From: Thermoproteota archaeon
GTDB taxonomy: Archaea; Thermoproteota; EX4484-205; JAAOZP01
DNA: 55,486 nt
NCBI GenBank assembly: GCA_049700215.1
Contig: JBNAVT010000012.1
Coordinates: forward strand, 1-55,486
Direction of reading: 5' to 3'
Both the position numbers and the translations under genes were made by a program. Under the pieces are notes generated by a model that was not told the DNA's origin, ran no database searches, and saw nothing but the letters and a program-made list of their open reading frames with translations. Positions 20,611 to 28,892 of the stretch are shown here, piece after piece (positions within the stretch are counted from its first letter, which is position 1; each line of letters starts with the position of its first letter).

Positions 20611-21537
20611 ATGCGTTTAACGACAACCGTTATTGGAAGTCTTCCAAGGCTCCATGAGGACCTTAGGAAGGCTATTCGGCTTGCTGTCGACCTGCAGGTT
20701 GAGACAGGCATAGACATAGTGTCAGACGGGGAGCAGAGGACAGATATGCTCTCCTATCTTTCAAACTCCATGCATGGCGTAGCGACGGTGGGCGAGAAAA
20801 TCTGCTTAACCGGCAGAATAAAACCCGTGGCGAATATTGAGGAGTCTTTTAAGGTTGTAGATTTCCTTGAGGCGAGGAGACACATCGTTGAAAAGGGTTA
20901 TTCGAACAGTTTAAAAGTGAGTGTAACAGGACCGGTAACATTCGGTTTTTCAGCGGCGGTGAAAAACGCCGGACCCTACGGTAATGTGAGGAACATGGAG
21001 CTTTATAACGATGTCGCATTGGTAGTAAACAAGATAGCAAGGCTTATCCAGTCGTACGATGGTTTGATTCAGATAGATGAACCGGGGGTCAGTGCGGGTT
21101 TTCTAGATCCAGATAAGATATTGGAGCCCCTTAGCGTCGCGACTGAAGGCCTAGACCTGAAGCTGACAAGCATGCATGTTTGCGGAAAGCTGAACCCGAA
21201 AACAATAAAATCCCTGAGTGCGACGAGAAACGTGGGCACCCTTAGTCTAGAGTTCGCAGGCTCTCCGGGGAACATTGATCTCCTGGCTAGAAGCATCATA
21301 GAGGAAAGTCAGAAAAAAATTGGAGTGGGATGCATGAAGGTAAACGTCCTGTCGAAGGATGATCTAACCACCTCTGAAAAGGCTTTAGAAATAATCAGAA
21401 AAGTAGTTTCAAGAATCAGTTGTGAGAACATTGCTTTCATTCATCCTGATTGTGGGTTGAGAAGGACAAAGCTTGACTTGGCTGCTCTGATACTGAAAAA
21501 CCTAATCGATGTTTCAAAGGCTTTAGCGCACGAGTAA
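20611..21537 (+). CDS. metE: Core (single-barrel) methionine synthase of the MetE/MesA type
   Basis: TTVIGSLPR, SDGEQR, IQIDEP, Zn ligands H-x-C (MHVCG), E (SLE) and C (PDCGL). Only 308 aa, so no N-terminal barrel. Confidence 0.8.
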   Translation: MRLTTTVIGSLPRLHEDLRKAIRLAVDLQVETGIDIVSDGEQRTDMLSYLSNSMHGVATVGEKICLTGRIKPVANIEESFKVVDFLEARRHIVEKGYSNSLKVSVTGPVTFGFSAAVKNAGPYGNVRNMELYNDVALVVNKIARLIQSYDGLIQIDEPGVSAGFLDPDKILEPLSVATEGLDLKLTSMHVCGKLNPKTIKSLSATRNVGTLSLEFAGSPGNIDLLARSIIEESQKKIGVGCMKVNVLSKDDLTTSEKALEIIRKVVSRISCENIAFIHPDCGLRRTKLDLAALILKNLIDVSKALAHE

Positions 21538-21688
21538 AAACACTATTGTTCCAGTAACTGGAGGAGAACAAGATTTATCGTAAATAGCCGGAACCTATGT
21601 TCTGGCATTGAGTGTTCCTCTTCCTAATTCTCCTAGTCTTCATTCAAACCCCTCCGTGGGCCCGCTGTCCTGCTCAAAGCCCTGAAAG

Positions 21689-21713
21689 CTTAAATACTGG
21701 TTTACATGTTAAC
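21689..21713 (+). promoter_or_regulatory. TATA box plus near-palindromic operator of the TA operon
   Basis: CTTAAATA followed by GTTTACATGTTAAC (12 of 14 positions palindromic). Confidence 0.45.
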
Positions 21714-21729
21714 TTCTTTAGTGGTATAC

Positions 21730-22023
21730 TTGAAAAAAGTTAGTCTCTATCTTGACGAGGAGCTGTGGGTTAAGTTTAAAGAAGCCGTCTTAAAAAAGCA
21801 TGGAACCCTGAGAAAGCTAAGTGATGAGGTTGAAAATCTGCTTCGAGTCTCTATGATCAATGAGGATATTGAGAAAGCCTTTAAAGAGATGGGTCTAAAA
21901 GTAAAAGCAGTCTCTTCTCCTGAAGAGATAAAACGTGATAGACCTAGGCTCCGAGGCCCACCGTCAGAGGTTCTTGTTAGGAAGATGAGGAGTAGGCGGG
22001 TTGAAGTTTTACCTAGACAGTAG
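21730..22023 (+). CDS. vapB: Putative antitoxin (RHH-like DNA-binding protein)
   Basis: KKVSLYLDEELW.KFK beta-alpha pattern. Overlaps the PIN gene. The ORF starts at 21706, but TTG 21730 is likely. Confidence 0.65.
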   Translation: MKKVSLYLDEELWVKFKEAVLKKHGTLRKLSDEVENLLRVSMINEDIEKAFKEMGLKVKAVSSPEEIKRDRPRLRGPPSEVLVRKMRSRRVEVLPRQ

Positions 22024-22483
22024 TGTAATGGTTAAGCGATACGTATCTGAGACAGATAGCTCTACGGTAGACCATGTGTTCGATAAAGGTTGGGCAGGCG
22101 AGTTATCAATGGCTACATCCATCTGGAATATTGGCGAGGTACTGGGGGTGCTGGATGAGAGGAGAAGGAGGAAATGGCTTGACGAAAACGAGTTCGCAAG
22201 GGCTCTTGAAAGCTTTACAGGTGAAACCATAAGGTTGCTACACTTAAAAATATTAGAGGTGCTCCCGGTTCTAAATCCGATGCTTCTTGAAACCTGGCCT
22301 TTAATTTTAAAAGAACACGTCTATGAGGCTGATGCTCTTCAGATTCAAACCTGTATTTATTCCGACAGTGATATACTGTTGAGCAGCGATAAGGAGCTGA
22401 TTAGTGCTGCGCTAAAAACAGGTGTGAAAGCCGTAAACGTGAAAGATAAAAATAGAGTTAGAGAGTTGTTAAATGGAAAGTGA
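22001..22483 (+). CDS. vapC: PIN-domain toxin
   Basis: FYLDSS.MVKRY, conserved E (NIGE), EADALQI and SSD..L acidic residues. Confidence 0.85.
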   Translation: MKFYLDSSVMVKRYVSETDSSTVDHVFDKGWAGELSMATSIWNIGEVLGVLDERRRRKWLDENEFARALESFTGETIRLLHLKILEVLPVLNPMLLETWPLILKEHVYEADALQIQTCIYSDSDILLSSDKELISAALKTGVKAVNVKDKNRVRELLNGK

Positions 22484-22571
22484 AAAGCCTATTGAATCTT
22501 CATGACTAACAGTTCAACATTTCTACTGTTCTGTAAGAAAAAGCTTAAAAATCACTATTCTTTCAGACCTC

Positions 22572-24080
22572 ATGGGCAACCCTGCTTTCCTCGCTTATGA
22601 CCTTGGAGCAGAGAGCGGCAGAGCCCTAGTTGGAGTCTTGGATGAAAAGAAGATAACAGTGGAGGAGGTTTGCAGGTTTCCAAACATCCCTGTGAAAATA
22701 GGGGACAGCGTTTTCTGGGATGTTTTAAGAATATGGAGTGAGATGAAGAATGCTGTCTCGATAGCTGGCTCCAAGCTGGGTGGAACCCTTGAGTCCATTG
22801 GCGTCGACACTTGGGGCGTAGACTTCGCACTTCTAGACAGCAATGGCGAGCTCCTCGGAAACCCGCACCACTACAGGGATCCTAGGACGGAACGTGCTTT
22901 CGAAGAAGTGTTTAAGAAAGTCTCTAGAGAGGAAGTCTACTTCAGAACCGGAATCCAGTTTCTAAGGCTGAACACTCTTTACCAGCTGTACTCGCTCGTG
23001 TTAAACAGGTCTTCAATCCTTAATGCTACAAGCAAATTCCTAATGATGCCGGATTTGTTCAACTACTGGCTGTCCGGCGTAATGGTTTCAGAGTTTTCAG
23101 ACGCCACGACCACTCAATTCTTCAACCCTTTCAAGGACAACTGGGACTATGAACTCCTAGAGAAACTCAGGATTCCCACCAACTTTCTGCCCGAGATTGT
23201 TAAACCGGGAACTGTGCTTGGAAGGATTTCCAATAGTCTCGCGGAGGAGCTTAACGTTAGCAGCAGGGTTTCAATCGTAGCTCCTGCCTGCCATGACACG
23301 GCTTCCGCAGTGGCAGCAGCGCTATTGAAGGATGAAGACTCCGCCTATATAAGTTCCGGAACATGGTCTCTAGTCGGCGTTGAGGTGGATAAACCGATAA
23401 TAAGCAGAAAATCCTTAGAGTATAACTTCACTAATGAGGGAGGTGTCTTCGGAAAATTCAGGTTTCTGCGAAACGTTCAGGGAATGTGGCTGGTTCAAGA
23501 ATGCAGGAGGATCTGGGCGAGCCAAGGCAAGGAGTATTCTTACGATGAGCTAACTAGGCTTGCAAGTAGGTCGCGAAGGTTCATAGCATTCATCGATCCT
23601 GACGACCAGAGATTCATGGCTCCAACGAACATGGTGGGGGAGATAATGAATTACTTGGATGAGACGAACCAGGAGAAACCGCGGGATGAGGGCGAACTGG
23701 TTAGGATAATATTTGAAAGCTTGGCTTTCAAATATAGGCTCGTGATAGAGAGGATAATGGAGTTGACTGGAAGAAAAATAAACAGGGTTAACATTATCGG
23801 AGGAGGGGCTAGAAACTGGCTGCTGAACCAGCTTACCGCGGATTTCACAGGGATAAGGGTGGTTGCCGGCCCGGTTGAGGCAACCTCCATCGGCAACATT
23901 CTCATGCAGGCTTATGCAATGGGTTTCGTGAAATCCCACAGGGATATAAGGATGATAGTTGAGAACTCGTTTGATTTCAGAGAATTCGAGCCGGGACAAG
24001 GAAACTCTGTTGAAGACGCATATGCCTGCTTTCGCTCACTAGCCGAAAGAAACGCGGCTGAAAAACGTCTTAAAAGCTGA
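22572..24080 (+). CDS. rhaB: Rhamnulokinase (FGGY carbohydrate kinase)
   Basis: DLGAESGR, GVDTWGVD, YRDPRT, HDTASAV, SSGTWSL, NFTNEGG and GPVEAT.IGN. Confidence 0.88.
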   Translation: MGNPAFLAYDLGAESGRALVGVLDEKKITVEEVCRFPNIPVKIGDSVFWDVLRIWSEMKNAVSIAGSKLGGTLESIGVDTWGVDFALLDSNGELLGNPHHYRDPRTERAFEEVFKKVSREEVYFRTGIQFLRLNTLYQLYSLVLNRSSILNATSKFLMMPDLFNYWLSGVMVSEFSDATTTQFFNPFKDNWDYELLEKLRIPTNFLPEIVKPGTVLGRISNSLAEELNVSSRVSIVAPACHDTASAVAAALLKDEDSAYISSGTWSLVGVEVDKPIISRKSLEYNFTNEGGVFGKFRFLRNVQGMWLVQECRRIWASQGKEYSYDELTRLASRSRRFIAFIDPDDQRFMAPTNMVGEIMNYLDETNQEKPRDEGELVRIIFESLAFKYRLVIERIMELTGRKINRVNIIGGGARNWLLNQLTADFTGIRVVAGPVEATSIGNILMQAYAMGFVKSHRDIRMIVENSFDFREFEPGQGNSVEDAYACFRSLAERNAAEKRLKS

Positions 24081-24149
24081 ATCACGCATTCTGAGGCTGG
24101 AAAATAGTGAGAAAGAAATATTTTTCAGCCAAGGCAAGGGTCATAGCAT

Positions 24150-24542
24150 GGTTACAAAACAAATCTTTTCTTCAGATAAGGCTTTAATCCAGAAATTATC
24201 AATGTATTCAAGGGATAGCTATTATAGCGCGCGCCTATCATAATATCTCGTATGCCTATTAGCTGGCCTTCTGACTCCAATTCTGCTTAGCGCGCGCTAG
24301 CTGATCTTAGGCCCATTTTGAGGATAATAAGTCGCTTCATCAACTTTTTTTGTGGCAATTGTTTTTTTGTTTTTCCCTGGATTTATAAGCACCATAGTAT
24401 AGTTCAAAGGCATTTATAATAGTTGCTGAAAGTAAAAACCCTTTCTTTCTAATTCTGTAATGAACGAGACGGCTTTTTCTATTCCTCTCAGCATGTCTAC
24501 CAGTATATCTGCGTCAATTATAACTTGGTTTCTAGTTTCCAT
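24150..24542 (-). pseudogene. vapC: Degraded vapC PIN toxin
   Basis: From ATG 24542: METRNQVIIDADILVDMLRG, frameshift, SATIINAFELYYGAYKS, frameshift, LMKRLIILKMGLRSASAR*AELESEGQLIGIRDIMIG. Similarity is lost after that. The 3' boundary is approximate. Confidence 0.8.
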
Positions 24543-24781
24543 TTTCCCCAAACCTCGGTGAGAGAAGCTCTGATTTCGGTCCACTCCTCGTTAGACATGT
24601 CCCAAGAACCGGCCAAATCTGTTATCTTAATCCCCTTTTCCCGCCTTCTTAAACTAAATAAATACTGCACAGCTTCATCCAATGAAACTAGGCGCTTCAT
24701 TTTTGTCTGTAATTCACCGGCTATTTCTGAACGCTTGGCGTATGTTTCTTTACTTATTTTGATAGTCTTTGTTTCAGTCAT
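24518..24781 (-). CDS. vapB: VapB-type antitoxin (intact)
   Basis: TKTIKISKETY..., ITDLAGSW.M..EE. Overlaps the vapC remnant. Upstream direct repeat GTGGTAAA x2 (24791-24807). Confidence 0.72.
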   Translation of the reverse strand: MTETKTIKISKETYAKRSEIAGELQTKMKRLVSLDEAVQYLFSLRRREKGIKITDLAGSWDMSNEEWTEIRASLTEVWGKWKLETKL

Positions 24782-25083
24782 TTTTACAAAGTGGTAAAGG
24801 TGGTAAAATTAAACTTTTTCTTGATGTAACTAAAACAAGCCAATGCGCACGCTTTTATATTGCATTAACCGCAATATAGCGCGCGCGCTATTAATACACT
24901 GGATATACTAGAAAATCTAAAAAGTGTGCTGTGGGAGACCTTGAAAGCTAACTTCGTTTGTCCTCGGGCTCGAGAAGAGACATTGGCCGCATAGCTGTGC
25001 AAGCGTTTACAAGTCCTTTTTATCAAACCCTTTCTTATAGTGGTTAAAAGTACGTCTCATGAAATTTTAGCGCGCGATATCTA

Positions 25084-25293
25084 CTAATCTTCAGGCAGAT
25101 ATAGCTCTTTAACTATCTGCATAGCCTTCTCTTCGCCAATAACACGCTTCAAATCCTTCAGAGATTCCTTACCTCTCCAAGAGTTCACAATGTTTAGAAC
25201 TAGTTCTCTAACGCCAGGGTTAAGGTCTCGCAGAGCGATTTCCACACGCCTCCTCCTGTTAAGAATATCATCCGGCCTATGAACTACCCCCAT
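25084..25293 (-). CDS. Small hypothetical protein
   Basis: 69 aa, charged and helical. Minus-strand TTTATAT box about 25 nt upstream. Confidence 0.55.
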   Translation of the reverse strand: MGVVHRPDDILNRRRRVEIALRDLNPGVRELVLNIVNSWRGKESLKDLKRVIGEEKAMQIVKELYLPED

Positions 25294-25327
25294 TCCGACT
25301 AAATACTCTCGCTAGAAATATAAAGCT

Positions 25328-26392
25328 TTAGGGCGATATTACCGGCGTCCAACCGAAGAAATCGAGTTTAACTGCTTCCCCTGGTTCCGCAGGCGCGAAA
25401 AGCATTCTCAACCCGGTGGCCCTGTCTTTCAACATGCTTATTTCAAAAAGGTCTTTTAAAACACCCTCTACAAGCCTGCTGGGCGCATCGTCTGAAACCA
25501 CAGTCATGTCAACCCCTGAAACGCATGCTGAAGCCAAGTGTACAAGATCCCTGAGCTTAACATCTCCGGCTGCCACTCTTTCCTTCAGAACATTGTCTTC
25601 AGCAACGGGCAGCATAACCTCGTTATAGCCTGTCGCCTTTATTCCTGCTGTTTTAACAGCGTTCCCTATCAGGCTGTTTATCTCTCTAATCGTGCTAAAG
25701 GTCCCTGGCAGCGGTATTTTAACCCCGGAGGCGAACTCAACTATCTCTGCAACGCTCTCCTCCATCCATGGCGATAGCGAGGCGTCAATCCCGTAGTAGT
25801 TTACCCCGAGCCTCTCTGAAAGCCTCAGACCAACCTTCTCGGTTGAAGCGTAGACTTCGGCGAGAATGTCTTGAAACTGGCTGAGAAGCTTGTGTCTGAG
25901 GAGGCTCGGGTAGAGTAGAGATATTGCCAGCCCTTCTTCACCATGCAGGTTGCACGCCGACGGGAAGTAGGGCGTAACCATTTCTCCACCCATGTTGACG
26001 CATATCCTGCTCCCATTGGAAGGGTTTTTTTCACAGGCTTTCCTCAAAACGTTTTCAATGCTCTTAACACTGTTGATGCTCCTCATGTTTATCGACACGT
26101 ATAGCCCGTTTTCAGCAACCTCCGCAACCTCCTCTAAAGCCGGATGCTTATCCTCAACCTGGCCTATCGAAACATAGTTGACAATGTTTAGATCAAGAAG
26201 CTGAGAAGCCCTTTTCATAGGGGTCTCCTGGCTATCTAAGGGTGGAAGCGCAACCCTAGTGCTCCAAACGCTTTCCGCTAGAAACATTGATTCAATGTTG
26301 AATGAAAGCATCGAACCCAGGTTGAAAATGCGCTCCCTAAGGCTCTGTGAGTCTCCAGAAGACACGAAAAGCGTCACAGACCTTATTTTCAT
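25328..26392 (-). CDS. DUF711 (UPF0210, PFL-like fold) family protein
   Basis: KIRSVTL, TPYFP, GIDASLSPW, GYNEVMLPV.EDN.L and C.SGVDM. Confidence 0.8.
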   Translation of the reverse strand: MKIRSVTLFVSSGDSQSLRERIFNLGSMLSFNIESMFLAESVWSTRVALPPLDSQETPMKRASQLLDLNIVNYVSIGQVEDKHPALEEVAEVAENGLYVSINMRSINSVKSIENVLRKACEKNPSNGSRICVNMGGEMVTPYFPSACNLHGEEGLAISLLYPSLLRHKLLSQFQDILAEVYASTEKVGLRLSERLGVNYYGIDASLSPWMEESVAEIVEFASGVKIPLPGTFSTIREINSLIGNAVKTAGIKATGYNEVMLPVAEDNVLKERVAAGDVKLRDLVHLASACVSGVDMTVVSDDAPSRLVEGVLKDLFEISMLKDRATGLRMLFAPAEPGEAVKLDFFGWTPVISP

Positions 26393-26444
26393 TCCGAGTT
26401 ATTAGTGCGTCTCCTTTTTAAAAGGCTTTCTTACTATAAAACTC

Positions 26445-26605
26445 GGCGAGAAAGTCCACGTCTTTTAAGCGTAGCGCGCGCGTGCTCGATGAGGATAATG
26501 GGTGGGCCGTAGGCAAATGCCTGCGGTAATTAATAACCAGGCCCATTGTATCTAGCAAGCCCTGAGCCGGGAGCCTCACGCTAAGAAGCTGGGGATCGTA
26601 TACTA
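26445..26605 (+). mobile_element. Candidate non-autonomous IS200/IS605-derived remnant (end hairpins plus omegaRNA-like structured segment)
   Basis: AAAGTCCACGTCTTTTAAGCGT at the left and GGGAGCCTCACGCT-AAGA-AGCTGGGG at the right resemble IS605-family subterminal hairpins. A multi-stem structure lies between them. No transposase ORF. Confidence 0.45.
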
Positions 26606-26650
26606 CTGTCCAAAAAAGTTTATTAAATCCCACATGTTTCCCCCGCCGGG

Positions 26651-27655
26651 TTGTCAGTAATCCAGCTGATAAAGGACAGGGCTAGGCGGAGGCCGATGAG
26701 GATTGTCCTGCCGGAGCCTGAGGATGAGAGGATACTTAGGGCGGCTGCAGCCTCTTCGGAACAGGGTGTTGCAAGACCGGTGCTTCTAGGCCCGAGGGAA
26801 ACTGTGGATAAGAATGCTTCCAGACTAGGCTTACCCTTAACCGGAGTTGAGGTTCTTGAACCATTGACATCAGGCTACTTGGATGGTTTTATCGAAGAAT
26901 ATTGCAGGGCTAGGGAGGAGAAGGGTGTCAGCGAGGCTGTTGCAAGAAGAATACTCAGCAGGCCGCTCTACTTTGCGTGCATGATGGTTAAGACTGGTCT
27001 GGCTGACGGCATGGTTGCCGGCGCCTCCACTACCACTGCTAACGTTATTAAGGCCAGTCACCTTGTAATCGGGTACGAGGAGGGGGTTGAAACACCGTCC
27101 AGTTTCTTCATAATGGAGACCAGTAACACGAGCATCGGTGAAAACGGTATCCTGATTTATGCTGACGCTGCCGTAAACCCGGACCCTACTCCGGAGCAGC
27201 TTGCGGACATAGCTGTAGCCACGGCTAGAAGCGTAAGGAGGCTCCTGGGATGGGAGCCGAGGGTTGCGATGCTCTCCTTCTCAACCAAGGGTAGCGCTAT
27301 ACACCCGCTTGTGGATAAGGTGGTTAAGGCCACGGAGATCGCCAGGAGGAAGGCGCCTGAAATCAAGATTGACGGGGAGCTTCAGGCTGACGCGGCGCTA
27401 GCAATGGAGGTGGCTAGGAGGAAAATGAAGGACCCTGGGCTGGTCGCGGGTAGGGCGAACGTCTTAATATTCCCGGACCTGGATGCTGGAAACATCGCGT
27501 ACAAGCTTACTCAATACGTGGCTGGGGCTGGAGCCTACGGGCCTATCCTGCAGGGTTTCAAGAAGCCTGTCAGCGATCTTTCCAGGGGCGCTAAGGTTGA
27601 AGACATCGTCGGGGTCATCGCGGTGGTCTCTGTTCTAGCGCAGTCAGCCGGGTGA
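26651..27655 (+). CDS. pta: Phosphate acetyltransferase (short class I)
   Basis: IVLPE.ED.R, AMLSFSTKGS, DGELQADAA, FPDLDAGNIAYK and GPILQG..KPVSDLSRG. Confidence 0.93.
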   Translation: MSVIQLIKDRARRRPMRIVLPEPEDERILRAAAASSEQGVARPVLLGPRETVDKNASRLGLPLTGVEVLEPLTSGYLDGFIEEYCRAREEKGVSEAVARRILSRPLYFACMMVKTGLADGMVAGASTTTANVIKASHLVIGYEEGVETPSSFFIMETSNTSIGENGILIYADAAVNPDPTPEQLADIAVATARSVRRLLGWEPRVAMLSFSTKGSAIHPLVDKVVKATEIARRKAPEIKIDGELQADAALAMEVARRKMKDPGLVAGRANVLIFPDLDAGNIAYKLTQYVAGAGAYGPILQGFKKPVSDLSRGAKVEDIVGVIAVVSVLAQSAG

Positions 27656-28863
27656 GAGGGTTGCCGGGTAAGATACTTGTCGTAAACTGCGGCAGCTCCT
27701 CGATAAAGTATAAGCTTTTCGACGCCGACTCGCTGAAAGGCATTTCCAGCGGGCTGCTGGAGAGGATTGGAAGCAGGCCGGCGGTTCTAAGGCATGAGGT
27801 TGGTGGAGCCTCGGCAAAGAGAGAGGTTGATGTTTCAAACCATAGACAGGGCCTGGAGCTTATTCTAAGGGTTCTCCTCGAGGCTGAGCCCAAGGCTATT
27901 AGGTCGCTCGAGGAGATCGTTGCCGTTGGACACAGGGTTGTTCACGGCGGGGATGCTTTCTTCGAATCCACCCTTGTCGACGAGAAGGTTCTGGAGGCTC
28001 TTAGGAAATGGTCTCACCTGGCGCCCCTCCATAATCCTCCCAACATAGCGGGTATAGAGGCTGCGCGAAGCCTTCTTCCAAGGGTTCCTCAGGTAGCTGT
28101 GTTCGACACTGCTTTCCACCAGACCATGCCTGAAACCGCTTATCTCTACGCTATACCTTTTGAGCTTTACGAGAAGCTGGGGATCAGGAGGTATGGTTTC
28201 CACGGGACAAGCCACAAGTATGTTGCTCAGAAGGCTGCTGAAATCCTTGGGGTGCCTATTGAGAAGCTCAGGATAATAACCTGCCATCTGGGTAATGGGT
28301 GCAGCATCACCGCCGTTAAGAACGGCCGCTCGATAGACACTAGCATGGGTTTCACGCCTTTAGAGGGCCTGGTCATGGGGACTAGGAGTGGGGACATAGA
28401 TCCGTCGATAGTCTTCTACCTGATCGGGGAAGGCTTCTCCCCAAGGGAGGTTGAAGACATGCTTAACAAGAAGAGCGGGCTACTGGGCGTTTCAGGCGTT
28501 AGCAACGACATCAGGGATGTGGAGAGGGAGGCTGAGGCCGGTAGCAAGAGGGCTAGGCTCGCGCTGGAGATCTTCGCGTACAGGGCTAAGAAGTATATAG
28601 GCGCCTACGCCGCGGTTCTAGGTGGGTTGGACGTGCTCGTCTTCACAGGAGGGATAGGTGAGAACGATCCTCTAATGAGGAGAATGATATGCGGCAACAT
28701 GGGTTTCCTAGGGTTGGAGATCGACGAGGAGGCTAACAGGGTCACGGTTGGTAAAACCGGGGTTATAAGCGGGAAACAGTCTAGGATTAAGATTCTAGTC
28801 ATACCGACTGACGAGGAGCTCGCTATAGCTGAGGAGACTAGGAAACGCTTATTAAACCATTAA
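27652..28863 (+). CDS. ackA: Acetate kinase
   Basis: NCGSSSIKY, GHRVVHGG, APLHNP, FDTAFHQT, YGFHGTSH, HLGNG, TSMGFTPLEG, FTGGIGEN and IPTDEE. Confidence 0.96.
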   Translation: MRGLPGKILVVNCGSSSIKYKLFDADSLKGISSGLLERIGSRPAVLRHEVGGASAKREVDVSNHRQGLELILRVLLEAEPKAIRSLEEIVAVGHRVVHGGDAFFESTLVDEKVLEALRKWSHLAPLHNPPNIAGIEAARSLLPRVPQVAVFDTAFHQTMPETAYLYAIPFELYEKLGIRRYGFHGTSHKYVAQKAAEILGVPIEKLRIITCHLGNGCSITAVKNGRSIDTSMGFTPLEGLVMGTRSGDIDPSIVFYLIGEGFSPREVEDMLNKKSGLLGVSGVSNDIRDVEREAEAGSKRARLALEIFAYRAKKYIGAYAAVLGGLDVLVFTGGIGENDPLMRRMICGNMGFLGLEIDEEANRVTVGKTGVISGKQSRIKILVIPTDEELAIAEETRKRLLNH

Positions 28864-28892
28864 AAGTATAGTGCTGGCAGCGGTGAGAGGAA

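Larger units (their letters stand above)
24225..26482. repeat. Five dispersed TAGCGCGCG(C)-type palindromic motifs
   Basis: Copies at 24225-24235, 24288-24299, 24876-24891, 25068-25079 and 26472-26482. Confidence 0.85.

Noticed and set aside
26486-26566. C/D box sRNA or riboswitch reading of the pre-pta element
   Set aside because: GATGA and CTGA are present, but there are no convincing C'/D' boxes and no TPP or fluoride riboswitch consensus. The element also lies upstream of the pta TATA box. An IS605-end origin fits better.
26418-26633. 71-aa minus-strand ORF
   Set aside because: It overlies the structured non-coding element and promoters and has no protein-like features.
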